From the IMG/VR virus record IMGVR_UViG_3300028048_000068, positions 64,001 to 128,000 of that record: a stretch of 64,000 bases of DNA; one strand, 5' to 3'. Below, piece after piece: positions 47,497 through 57,170 of this stretch; within the stretch, counting starts at the first letter, position 1, and the number at the start of each line of letters is the position of its first letter. Origin of the DNA: a virus. Taxonomy: Duplodnaviria > Caudoviricetes. A model generated the notes under the pieces. The model had not been told where the DNA came from and made no database searches. It worked only from the letters and a program-made list of their open reading frames with translations. The translations under genes were made by a program, and so were the position numbers.

Positions 47497-50400
47497 ATGA
47501 GTCAAGTTTCTTACGGAACGATTACTATTGTAGATACAAACGACATAGAAAGTATTATAATTGAATATGCTCAAAATCAAAGTAGTTCTGACCCTCCAGA
47601 ATCTGGTTGGAGTACGACTCGGCCTACTTGGAAACAAAATTATTTTATTTGGCAAAGGACGCGTATTCATAAAAGTGGTACAACCGCAGATAAAGATAGC
47701 TTTGGTGCAGCAGTTTGTTTAACTGGTTCAACTGGGGCCACGGGTAGTACAGGTCAAAGTTTATCTACGACTAAAACTCAATATACTCATGTGGCTTCAA
47801 ATGTAACAATTACTACTAGTAATCATACTTCATATAGTTGGACAGATAATGTACCAGAATATGATAGTACTAAGCCCGTATATTGGGGCAGAATTACGAA
47901 TACATATATAAATCCTGCAAAAACAGAATACATAATTTATAAAGATAACGGTCTTACCGAAGCAATAGCCAATTCTGTTGAAGCTAATGCTAATGCATCT
48001 GATGCACTTGATAAAGCAAATGAATCCAATTCAATCGCAACCCATGCAAACGAAAATGCACAGGGCGCCTTATCCATATCCCGCGCGACCCAACAACATT
48101 TCTGGTTTAATTCAACAACTTCTGGTTCAATTGAGGCTGGCGCGTACATAACAGACACTCCAATTGATACGTTTAAAAATGGGAAAAGTGGAGGTTATTT
48201 ACTTGCTAGGTCCGATGGGTTAGAATTGGGTCGTGGAACGAATAAGTTTATGACTTTGAGTGCGACTACTTTGAACTTTTATAGACCAGGAACGACTACA
48301 ATTGATGCAACGTTAGCTTCGAATGGATTACAAATTACAAATGGTTCTATTGTTTTGGGAACTACCAGTGGTACTGCGGCGGGAAACGTAACTTTATCTA
48401 ACGTAGATTTTACTCGCGCTATTAATGGGATAAGTAGGTCTAATTTAAGATTTGCAATTGGAAAAAATTTTGGTGTTAAAAACGACGGTACTTTATACGG
48501 TACTAATGTAGATATAAATGGACGAATTACTGCTATTGCTGGTTTAATTGGTGGATGGAATATTGGAACTGATACTAATAAATCTTTATATTATGGTAAT
48601 CAAGTTCCTGGTGCTACTATAACTAATTTAGTTATATCTAAAGGTTCTGTTGAAAATACTAATGCTATAGCAGGGAGTGAATTAAATAAGACTTGGTTTT
48701 TAACAGCAGGAAGACAATTTGGCGTTGATACCAATGGTATTTTATATGCTAGTGGAGCAAATATACAAGGTAAAATTACAGTTACTTCGGGAAGTAACGT
48801 ATACACGAAGACAGAGGCTGATGCTGCTTATGATGCTAAGGGCGCTGCCCAGACCGCAGTCGATGGCATTGAGATTGGCGGGAGGAATTTGTTAATTGGT
48901 ACGCCAAACTTCCACCTTACAAACGGAAGCGTATTAGACACAAAGACAAATTTTTTACTATACGTTTGGACGACTCCAGGGAAAACGTATAGCGGATATA
49001 AATCAATAATGCCGGCAAAGGTTTATTCTTCGCCAGGTCATATTACAGAAACATTCGTCGCTCAAAATGACTCGTTATCATATTTTTGTATAAAGCATAA
49101 CGGCACCAAACACGACTATAACGTTTTCTTTGATGCGCCAACAGAGGCTGTAAAAGCCGGAGAAACATATACTTTGTCGTTCGATATCGTTGGGGCAAAC
49201 CCATCTGTAGAAAACGGACTCGACGTTAAAAACTTTAAACTCGAACGCGGAAACCGAGCCACCGACTGGACACCAGCACCAGAGGATGTTGAGGCCTATA
49301 CGGACACACAAGTGTCAGCGGCCAAAGCTGAGATAAAGGTCACTACGGACGGTATATCCACAGAGGTCAGTAAGAAGGTTGGTTCGTCAGAAATCATATC
49401 CAAAATTAACCAGTCTGCTGAAGCAATAAAAATACAAGCGTCAAAAATTGAAATTGACGGTACTGCTACGTTTAATGCAATAAAATCTAATGTTGAGAAT
49501 ACAGTTAACACCGCCGTAAATGATATTGAGATTGGTGGGAGGAATTTAGTTGAGAAATCAAATAATGGAAATATATATACATGGATGCAGAATAAGGGAG
49601 CATTTACTAAAACTGTAGATGACCTTGGTGCTACATTTACTATAACTACTTTGCCGGAAGCCAATAGTTGGGGCGCATTTGTGGACAATGGTACAGCTAA
49701 TGTGGTTGAAAAAATAGAAGCTGGTGCCGAATATCGAGTGTCATTTGACCTTCGCACAAGTGTTGCTATATCAAATCTTCTTATTGCAGCGAGTGTGAGA
49801 AAAACTAATGGCACCGAACCTTTTACAACAGGTACTACTATTTCATTAAATACTACAGCTGACACCTGGCATCATATTGTAGCAAGTACTACAGCAGTTG
49901 CAACCTTACCTGATGTAGATGATCAACGATTATATATTTCGATGCCAAAGTTAAAGGAACAATTGGGCTCGTTCTCTATAAAGAATGTCAAACTAGAAAA
50001 AGGTAATAAGGCAACCGATTGGACTCCGGCGCCAGAAGATATAGAAGTAGATTTAACTAATACGGCCAATGATCTTGAACAAAGAATGTCAGCTACCGAA
50101 GGAACGGTATCAACTCTTTCTGGAACTATAGATGAACAAAAAGACAATATTGACGATTTAAAAACAAAAACAGATGCTAATTCCAATAATATATCAACTA
50201 ATGCAAAAGCTATCTCGATGATACAAGGTGAACAAACAGAAATTCATAATTCTATTTCACAAGTTACTTCTACAACTTATGAACTTGATACTAGAATAGC
50301 AGATATAGAGAAAGGGGTAGTTATTGATCCAAATGAACCTTCTGTATCTGTAGTGTCACAAAATGGAGCGGTTAAAGTAACAGATGAAAAAGTAATGATT

Positions 50401-50586
50401 AAAGGAGCCGGTAATACGGTTTCTTGGGCCGATGAAGAATCGTTTAATGCAAAAAGATTAGTTTCTTCAGATATTCGTCCAAGATATATAACTTTTGCAA
50501 ATAATGGTCAGGTAACTACTACCGGTTCTTTTGCTCTTATTGGACGTAGCAATGGACATATGTCAATAATTAGAACTTTAACATAG
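47497..50586 (+). CDS. Tail fibre / host-specificity protein with two IGGRNL...KLE.GN.ATDWTPAPED cassettes
   Basis: Motifs typical of Firmicutes siphophage antireceptors, with a C-terminal coiled coil. Confidence 0.75.
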   Translation: MSQVSYGTITIVDTNDIESIIIEYAQNQSSSDPPESGWSTTRPTWKQNYFIWQRTRIHKSGTTADKDSFGAAVCLTGSTGATGSTGQSLSTTKTQYTHVASNVTITTSNHTSYSWTDNVPEYDSTKPVYWGRITNTYINPAKTEYIIYKDNGLTEAIANSVEANANASDALDKANESNSIATHANENAQGALSISRATQQHFWFNSTTSGSIEAGAYITDTPIDTFKNGKSGGYLLARSDGLELGRGTNKFMTLSATTLNFYRPGTTTIDATLASNGLQITNGSIVLGTTSGTAAGNVTLSNVDFTRAINGISRSNLRFAIGKNFGVKNDGTLYGTNVDINGRITAIAGLIGGWNIGTDTNKSLYYGNQVPGATITNLVISKGSVENTNAIAGSELNKTWFLTAGRQFGVDTNGILYASGANIQGKITVTSGSNVYTKTEADAAYDAKGAAQTAVDGIEIGGRNLLIGTPNFHLTNGSVLDTKTNFLLYVWTTPGKTYSGYKSIMPAKVYSSPGHITETFVAQNDSLSYFCIKHNGTKHDYNVFFDAPTEAVKAGETYTLSFDIVGANPSVENGLDVKNFKLERGNRATDWTPAPEDVEAYTDTQVSAAKAEIKVTTDGISTEVSKKVGSSEIISKINQSAEAIKIQASKIEIDGTATFNAIKSNVENTVNTAVNDIEIGGRNLVEKSNNGNIYTWMQNKGAFTKTVDDLGATFTITTLPEANSWGAFVDNGTANVVEKIEAGAEYRVSFDLRTSVAISNLLIAASVRKTNGTEPFTTGTTISLNTTADTWHHIVASTTAVATLPDVDDQRLYISMPKLKEQLGSFSIKNVKLEKGNKATDWTPAPEDIEVDLTNTANDLEQRMSATEGTVSTLSGTIDEQKDNIDDLKTKTDANSNNISTNAKAISMIQGEQTEIHNSISQVTSTTYELDTRIADIEKGVVIDPNEPSVSVVSQNGAVKVTDEKVMIKGAGNTVSWADEESFNAKRLVSSDIRPRYITFANNGQVTTTGSFALIGRSNGHMSIIRTLT

Positions 50587-50596
50587 GAGGAATAAA

Positions 50597-52024
50597 ATGG
50601 CAACAGTTTATGGTGCGTATAACCCAACTGGTTGGAAGCCATCTGGCTCTTCTTATTATAAATATTATCAAGCATGGGTAGAGTATTGGATTTCTGCAGA
50701 GACGGATACTACTATTAGTTTTTCTGCCTATATGGGTGTTCATATTAGTTCATCAGTTAATGCTTCTTTTAACGCGAGGTTAGACTTCTCCGATTATGGG
50801 GCTGTAGCAACCGCGACCGGAAGTACAGTATTTGGACAAAGCAATACAGTTACTCTTATTGGTACACATACTTATACTTATCAAAAAGGTGAAACTGCAA
50901 GAACTATAGCTACTACGGGATATGTATGGTCTTCACAGGGCAAATGGACAGGTGAGTGGGTATCTGCAACTGGTTATGTTACAGTACCAGCGCTTGCTTC
51001 TTATGCTATAACATATGACGCAAATGGTGGTCAAGATGCTCCTGGCAACCAAGTAAAATATCTTAATAAATCAATAACTCTTTCAAGTAGACAACCAACT
51101 AGAATAGGATATACGTTTTCAAAATGGAACACTGCGGCAGATGGAAGTGGAACTGATTACAATCCAGGTGGAACTTATACCGAAAATGCTGCAGCAACAT
51201 TATATGCTCAGTGGACTAAAAACACTTATACAGTTACATATAATGCTAATGGCGGAAGCGGCTCTATGAGCGCTAGTACATTTACATATGATGTTGAGGC
51301 TACGCTAAAAACCAATAGTTTTACAAGAGCTGATTATTTATTTTTAGGCTGGAGTACTACTAATAATGGAGCAGTTGTATATACAAATGGTCAAAAGGTT
51401 AAAAATTTAGCTACATCTGGGACAGTCCCATTATATGCAGTATGGAAAAAACAATTTACTCCTCCAGATTTACAAACACCTAACGCAAGAAGAGCTACCA
51501 ATGGCATTTATGATGATGATGGTACAGGGGCAATATTTTCAGTATATTGTACTCCAGCTCGAAAAGAAACGTCACTTGGTAATTTTTCATATATACCAAC
51601 CACAATTACAGTTAAGTATAAATTATCTACTGCAGCAGATTCGACATATCAAACACTTAGTAATCCACAAACAATATCTTCGCCGCAAAATGTACCGGCC
51701 AATCAGTCAACTTGGACGCTTGCGGATTCATCTATTTTAACAGATGAGCAATATACAGTTTTATTCCTTGCAGAAGGTAAAGATAATAATGTTGTAAAAG
51801 AAAGTTCTACACTTACAACTATTATACCGTTTGCTAAATTTACTGTAGATTTTAATCCAGAAAATAATTCAATAGGAATATTTACCGTCGCTTCTTCAGA
51901 TGATGATTCTGTGACAATTGCGGGAGATGTATTTTTAATACTTAATGATAATGATAGTGGAGGAACTGATGATCGGCTTCTTACTGCTTTTAGAAAACGT
52001 GGTTGGACTATTTATAATGATTAA
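50597..52024 (+). CDS. Tail-associated protein with Listeria-Bacteroides (InlB B-like) repeats
   Basis: Two YDANGG...R.GY.F..W.T...Y....LYA.W repeats. Confidence 0.75.
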   Translation: MATVYGAYNPTGWKPSGSSYYKYYQAWVEYWISAETDTTISFSAYMGVHISSSVNASFNARLDFSDYGAVATATGSTVFGQSNTVTLIGTHTYTYQKGETARTIATTGYVWSSQGKWTGEWVSATGYVTVPALASYAITYDANGGQDAPGNQVKYLNKSITLSSRQPTRIGYTFSKWNTAADGSGTDYNPGGTYTENAAATLYAQWTKNTYTVTYNANGGSGSMSASTFTYDVEATLKTNSFTRADYLFLGWSTTNNGAVVYTNGQKVKNLATSGTVPLYAVWKKQFTPPDLQTPNARRATNGIYDDDGTGAIFSVYCTPARKETSLGNFSYIPTTITVKYKLSTAADSTYQTLSNPQTISSPQNVPANQSTWTLADSSILTDEQYTVLFLAEGKDNNVVKESSTLTTIIPFAKFTVDFNPENNSIGIFTVASSDDDSVTIAGDVFLILNDNDSGGTDDRLLTAFRKRGWTIYND

Positions 52025-52036
52025 AAGGAGAAAAGT

Positions 52037-52261
52037 ATGTTTTATATAATAGAAACACAAGAAAATGTTGATGGAACTGCTACAATTTTAACATATCAGG
52101 AACCAACTAAAAATGGAGCCTTATCTAAGTGGCATGATGTTTTATATTATGCTGCAATTTCATCAATATATTTACATTCATGTGTAGTTTTAGATAGTTC
52201 GCTTAAAACCGTGGCGAGAGAGTCTTATATTCACCCAGAAACGGAGATCACAGATGAGTAA
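52037..52261 (+). CDS. Small hypothetical protein
   Basis: 74 aa, AGGAG RBS. Confidence 0.65.
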   Translation: MFYIIETQENVDGTATILTYQEPTKNGALSKWHDVLYYAAISSIYLHSCVVLDSSLKTVARESYIHPETEITDE

Positions 52262-52430
52262 AATTAATCTTCAAGAAACACTTATTAATATAGCAGATAG
52301 TGTTGATATTATAGGTTATACCACGACAGTACCGACTGCAGCTAACACTAATGGCTTAAAAGTTGCATTATTAGATAGTGAACCTGCGACAAAATATGAT
52401 GGATGGATATATTTGATACAGGAGAGTTAG
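52254..52430 (+). CDS. 58-aa fibre-like protein (not in the ORF track)
   Basis: MSKINLQETLINIADS...EPATKYDGWIYLIQES fills the gap between two coupled genes. Confidence 0.6.
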   Translation: MSKINLQETLINIADSVDIIGYTTTVPTAANTNGLKVALLDSEPATKYDGWIYLIQES

Positions 52431-52431
52431 T

Positions 52432-53589
52432 ATGAGTTTTAATGTAAGTGGACATAATATATTTGATATTTATGTGGGAAATAGTAAGCTTGACAAGATA
52501 TTTGTCGGTGAGGATTTGGTGTATTCAAGTGGGCCGAATTATATGCCTTTATGTTTTGAAATAGCTTCAGCATCAGTGTCTACTGCTCAAATATCTTTTC
52601 AACGAGATGAGACTATGGGCGCTGTAGTTGAGACCTGTAAAAAGTATGATTTATCTTCAATGGTTTCGTTATATCCGTCTTATACAGATCCTTCATGGTT
52701 ATATTCATTTGATGGAAATACGTGGGTACAATATGAAGTAGGTACAAATATAGTTTTAGGGGGAAGTAATAGTAGAAAGGTGTATTTAAAAAGTGCTGTT
52801 GATTATACTGCTTCTGAAACCGCACCTTGGAATCAAGTAAGAGTAGACACAAGCAGTAAATTTTCAACTACATATTATTCTTTTTTAAGATTTTGTTCTG
52901 ATGCTGCGTTAAATGTTAGTGGCGTCTGTAATAGTATATTATCTGACCATAATAAAAAATGGAATATAGATCTAAGACGTTGTTTCTTAGGTTTATTCGC
53001 TTATGCACCTATTATTAGTGCTCCTGAATTACCTGCATTAAGTCTTCATGATTATTCCTATGGTAGTATGTTCTTTAATTGCACATCGCTTACTACACCG
53101 CCGATATTACCTGCATTAGATTTAGGTTCTTATTGCTATTCGGGGATGTTTAGTAATTGCAGTGCGCTTAATTACGCACCTGAATTGCCTGCGCTAAATT
53201 TAGCTTCTTATTGTTATAGAGGTATGTTTGAAGATGCCAAAGTTCTTGTCCCGCCATATTTACCTGCTACAGAACTTGCAGAGCATTGTTACGACTCTAT
53301 GTTTCGTAAGACTCTTACTAGTAACCCTGGTAAGTTAACTACAGTTCCTAAACTACTTGCTACTGATAATCTTCCTGCTGGTGCGTATTATGCAATGTTT
53401 GAAAGTAATGTAACATCTTCTGAAACATCTACAAGTACTTGTCCTTATGCATATCGAATACCATATACCGGTACTGGTACAGCAGATCCTTCTGCAGCTA
53501 TGGAACCTACAAGTCTTATGTTTGGAGATAGTTATCGAACTCCAGCTCTTAATCAAACGTTTTATATAAGTGTTCCTGTTCAGCAATAG
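52432..53589 (+). CDS. BspA-like leucine-rich-repeat protein
   Basis: Repeats of LPA..L..YCY..MF..C..L...P. Confidence 0.75.
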   Translation: MSFNVSGHNIFDIYVGNSKLDKIFVGEDLVYSSGPNYMPLCFEIASASVSTAQISFQRDETMGAVVETCKKYDLSSMVSLYPSYTDPSWLYSFDGNTWVQYEVGTNIVLGGSNSRKVYLKSAVDYTASETAPWNQVRVDTSSKFSTTYYSFLRFCSDAALNVSGVCNSILSDHNKKWNIDLRRCFLGLFAYAPIISAPELPALSLHDYSYGSMFFNCTSLTTPPILPALDLGSYCYSGMFSNCSALNYAPELPALNLASYCYRGMFEDAKVLVPPYLPATELAEHCYDSMFRKTLTSNPGKLTTVPKLLATDNLPAGAYYAMFESNVTSSETSTSTCPYAYRIPYTGTGTADPSAAMEPTSLMFGDSYRTPALNQTFYISVPVQQ

Positions 53590-53597
53590 GAGGTAAT

Positions 53598-54263
53598 ATG
53601 GTTATATATTTTAAAAATCAAAAGGCATATGAATATAGAACAAATAAGGCGCAAAATGATGCATTTATTGAAGGATGTATAGATGCCGTATATACAGGTA
53701 AACGAGATATTGATATAAAGTACGGAATTGAAAGTTTATTTCTATCCAAACGTGAAGCCGTATCTGTTGTTTTTCCTATTGAAAGTTCTTTTATTAATTA
53801 CAGTGATGAACTAGATTTTGATAAAAAGTATTGTGATTTAAATAATATTCAATATAGATATCAAGATAGAAAAGGCAGTACTGTAATGGCTTTTCAAGGA
53901 GATATATATATTTATGATTTAAGATTGAATAAAGATCATGAACCTTTAATCCACAAATTTATACAAGATGTAATTACATATTTAAAAATTCGTACTGGTA
54001 AAGAAGCAGTACTCGATGGTAACGATATACTTCTTGATAATAAGAAAATATTTGGTATGGTATTTCAATATTATCCAACAAAATATGGTGATTATAGTTA
54101 TATGGGAGGCATATTATCTATTAATTCAGATGCTAATGTGATTGAAAAAGTATGTTATAAGAAATCAGGTAAAATTCCAGGATCATTAATGGAGTATTCG
54201 ATCACAACAGATGAAATGGTAGAGTGGCTTCTTAAGTGGTTTCATCAGCATAGTATTCAATAA
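53598..54263 (+). CDS. Lipoate-protein ligase (LplA/BPL)-like protein
   Basis: GNDILLDNKKIFG, and a degenerate R.GSTV...GD motif. Confidence 0.6.
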   Translation: MVIYFKNQKAYEYRTNKAQNDAFIEGCIDAVYTGKRDIDIKYGIESLFLSKREAVSVVFPIESSFINYSDELDFDKKYCDLNNIQYRYQDRKGSTVMAFQGDIYIYDLRLNKDHEPLIHKFIQDVITYLKIRTGKEAVLDGNDILLDNKKIFGMVFQYYPTKYGDYSYMGGILSINSDANVIEKVCYKKSGKIPGSLMEYSITTDEMVEWLLKWFHQHSIQ

Positions 54264-54267
54264 AATC

Positions 54268-54293
54268 AAAGACTACATCGTAGTCTTTTTTTT
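54268..54293 (+). terminator. Intrinsic terminator
   Basis: AAAGACTAC-ATC-GTAGTCTTTTTTTT. Confidence 0.85.
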
Positions 54294-54362
54294 ATTGCTT
54301 AAATTTTTTAACCTCTTGACTCAAAAAGTTATAACCTCCTAATCCAAAACCCACTTTCCTTA

Positions 54363-54501
54363 TGAGTAAGGGAGTTCAACCTTCTAAAATAAAAAGTTAA
54401 ACTTACTAGCCAAACCCCCTTACTCAAGTTAACCGATAGGCACAAGACTTAACTCTTTGAGCCTAGGGATAAACTAATTTACATAACTTCTCTAGGCTCA
54501 A
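54363..54501 (+). ncRNA. Structured 5' leader of the six-gene operon
   Basis: Stems 54363-76/54413-26 and 54457-69/54489-501. The segment 54435-50 is complementary to 55526-41. Confidence 0.55.
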
Positions 54502-54522
54502 CCCTACATAGGAGGTATATAA

Positions 54523-54900
54523 ATGTCTTACGTCTATTACAACCCAAATCCACTTAAACTATCCGTTGGCGATTGCACAATCCGCGCCATTTCATGCGCA
54601 TTAAACTTCACATGGGAACAAACTTACAACGCACTCGCACGGCAAGGCTTCGAAATGTGTGATATGCCATCGGCTAATAGAGTATGGGGAACTTTTTTGA
54701 AGCAACAAGGTTTTAAAAAGTATCAAATGCCAGACCTATGTCCAGATTGTTATACAGTTAGAGATTTCTGTTATAATAGTCCCTATGGCACGTTCATTCT
54801 CGGAACGGGAGAACACGTAGTATGTGTCATAGATGGAGATTACTATGACTCTTGGGACTCTGGCAACGAGATACCATTATATTATTTTAAAAGGAGTTAG
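54523..54900 (+). CDS. Operon gene 1: small putative papain-like Cys peptidase
   Basis: GDC.IRA...HVVCVIDG.YYDSWDS gives a candidate Cys-His-Asp triad. Confidence 0.55.
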   Translation: MSYVYYNPNPLKLSVGDCTIRAISCALNFTWEQTYNALARQGFEMCDMPSANRVWGTFLKQQGFKKYQMPDLCPDCYTVRDFCYNSPYGTFILGTGEHVVCVIDGDYYDSWDSGNEIPLYYFKRS

Positions 54901-54902
54901 TC

Positions 54903-55334
54903 ATGGCTTACAACAATTATTTTCCACAGACGTATACGTCTCCGACTTACACATACGGCGCGACTGCAGCCCCTGTACAGACATGGGCGACACCGGCGCA
55001 ATCGACAAACCAACAAGTAAATGCAATTAATTGGGTACAAGGTGAAGCTGGCGCAAAATCAGTACCCGTGGCGCCAGGTCAAAAGGTTCTGCTTATGGAT
55101 AGTGAAACCAATGTATTCTATGTCAAATCATCTGACGTCTCTGGTATGCCATTACCTCTTCGTATTTTTGAATACAAAGAGGTGTCCAAAGTCGCGTCAG
55201 ACGAGGTGAACGCTAGCGCGCAGAATACGTATGTCACCCACGAAGAGCTTGAGCGTATACTTGCAGATTTAAAAACAAAAGAACAGTCAAAACAAGAGAA
55301 GAAGGAGGTAAAGAAAAATGAGTTCATTATATAA
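54903..55334 (+). CDS. Operon gene 2: hypothetical protein with low-complexity N-terminus
   Basis: WVQGEAGAKS.PVAPG..VLLMDSE...FYVKS.D.SGMP core. Confidence 0.75.
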   Translation: MAYNNYFPQTYTSPTYTYGATAAPVQTWATPAQSTNQQVNAINWVQGEAGAKSVPVAPGQKVLLMDSETNVFYVKSSDVSGMPLPLRIFEYKEVSKVASDEVNASAQNTYVTHEELERILADLKTKEQSKQEKKEVKKNEFII

Positions 55335-55521
55335 TGATTTCAATCCAGGACCAATAGGTAATATTGCCAATCTTCTTTCTCAATTTCACCAGTTTAGCTC
55401 GACTTTTTCTGGCAATCCAGAAATGCGAGTAAAACAAATGCTACAAAATGGTCAGATGAGTCAAGAACAATTTAATCAAATAGCTCAAATGGCTAATCAG
55501 TTATATCGTTTTATTAAGTAA
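55318..55521 (+). CDS. Operon gene 3: small Gln-rich helical protein
   Basis: GNPE..V.QMLQNGQMSQEQFNQ, AGGAGG RBS. Confidence 0.75.
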   Translation: MSSLYNDFNPGPIGNIANLLSQFHQFSSTFSGNPEMRVKQMLQNGQMSQEQFNQIAQMANQLYRFIK

Positions 55522-55575
55522 TTTAAAGTCTTGTGTCTATCTCACTAAATTTTTATTTTTAAGGAGGTAGACTAA

Positions 55576-57159
55576 ATGTCACTTACAGATGGTAATGGAT
55601 TAAGTGCTGCTGATGTTGCAGCAGTAACAGGCAACGGCGGTGGCTTCGGCAATGGCTGGGGCGGAGATGGTGCTTGGTAGATAACTGCCAAGGGTAAATC
55701 GCGGAATTAAGCGGGAAGGCTGAGATGCTAATCCGAACCGAAGGTTATAGGTAAAACTATAATCAGGGGCAACGCATAGGTTCTGAAACTCTATATGAGA
55801 ATATAATGAACCCACGAGGCCGCGATAGTTTTTAGAACTTGACATTTTAATATAATTATGATATAATATAATTAGGAAAATTAGAATGTCAATAAGAGGT
55901 ACGATATGAAGAAAGGTAGTTTTTATACAATAGATGATTACGAAATTACATACGATGGGCAAGTTATAAATAAACATAATGATTATGTTCTAAAAGGGCG
56001 ACCTAATTCAAAAGGTTACCTAAGAGTAAAAATTGGCGGGAAAATGATGTTTATTCATCGACTTGTTGCTGAAAAGTATGTTCCTAATCCAGACAATAAA
56101 ATGCAAGTTAATCACAAAGATGGTAATAAACTAAATAACTCTGCTGATAATCTTGAATGGGTAGATAATCAAGAGAATCGTAATCACGCAGTAAAAGAAT
56201 TTTTACATTTACAAGGTGAAGATTGTCCTTATTCTAAATTGAATTGGGAGGCTGTAGATTATATTCGAGCCAATCCAGATCATCTTTTACAAAGAGAGCT
56301 TGGCGAAATGTTTGGAGTATCAAGAACTACCATCGGTGATATAATTCATTATCGTACTTGGAAACGTAAACCTAAAAACTAAAAAGATATGCTGAACTTA
56401 TACGAATAAGAAGTATAAGAAATAAGAGATAAAAAACTCTTATGATAACAAATTGGGTTACTCGTTCTTTTCCTTTTTGCTTTCAATGGCAACTGGGGAA
56501 ATGGTTGGGGCAACAATGGCGGAAGCAACGGCTACGTAGTTTCTGATGTACAAAGAGGTTTCGACCAGAGCGCAATCATGAACGGAATCAGTGGTGTTCA
56601 GAGCGCAGTTACAAACGGCTTCGTAGACACAGCGGCTGCTCTGTGTAATGGATTCGCTGGCGTAAACGGCGCAATCTCCAATGGCTTCGCACAAGCTGAA
56701 ATTGCTAACAACGCTCGTCAAATGGCCAACATGCAACAGGTCTATGGACTTCAGTCTCAATTCGCTGATTGCTGCTGCGAGAACAGACTCGCTTCGGCAG
56801 ACCTGAAGTACACAATTGCAACGGAAAACTGCGCAGATAGAACTGCCCTTTCCGATGGTGTCAGAGACATTCTCACAAACCAGAACAACGGTATTCAAAG
56901 AATTCTCGACCAGATGTGCAACGACAAAATCGACGCCAAGAACGAAAGAATTGCTGACCTTGAGAGACAGCTTACAATGGCTAATCTCGCTGCTTCACAG
57001 AGCGCGCAGACAGCTCAAATTCTTGCTAACAACGATGCACAGACAAACGCTCTGGAGCAATACCTTGCACCAGTTCCACGTCCAGCATATATCGTTCAGA
57101 ACCCTAATGGATGCGGATGCAACAGCATAAATAGCTGTGGATGCGGTTGTGCATTCTAG
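55576..57159 (+). CDS. Operon gene 4, spliced: exon1 55576-55678, exon2 56456-57159 (268 aa); Gly-rich/hydrophobic N-terminus, coiled coil, Cys-rich tail
   Basis: AAGGAGG RBS at 55561. Splicing gives MSLTDGNGLSAADVAAVTGNGGGFGNGWGGDGAW-W-LLVLFLFAFNGNWGNGWG..., in frame with ORF 56578-57159. Confidence 0.85.
55679..56455 (+). ncRNA. Group I intron in operon gene 4 (777 nt)
   Basis: P1 is CUUGGU/AG pairing with CUGCCAAG. P3 is AUCGCGG(55698)/CCGCGAU(55820). P7 is GCAUA/UAUGC. There are P9 hairpins and a terminal G. Confidence 0.88.
55906..56382 (+). CDS. Intron-encoded HNH homing endonuclease
   Basis: GYLRV...HRLVA...VNHKDGNKLNN.ADNLEW....N..H plus a C-terminal HTH. Confidence 0.9.
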   Translation: MKKGSFYTIDDYEITYDGQVINKHNDYVLKGRPNSKGYLRVKIGGKMMFIHRLVAEKYVPNPDNKMQVNHKDGNKLNNSADNLEWVDNQENRNHAVKEFLHLQGEDCPYSKLNWEAVDYIRANPDHLLQRELGEMFGVSRTTIGDIIHYRTWKRKPKN

Positions 57160-57170
57160 GAGGTAGTACT

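Noticed and set aside
54435-55541. DNA inversion (invertible segment) at the 16-bp inverted repeat
   Set aside because: No recombinase is in the window, and the mismatch is a sense-strand G.U, which fits RNA pairing better. It is not fully excluded without reads.
6663-55680. TAG stop-codon reassignment suggested by premature TAGs in thyX, nrdD and gene 4
   Set aside because: Each TAG lies at or just inside a group I intron boundary. Other long genes are intact in code 11 and several end in TAG.
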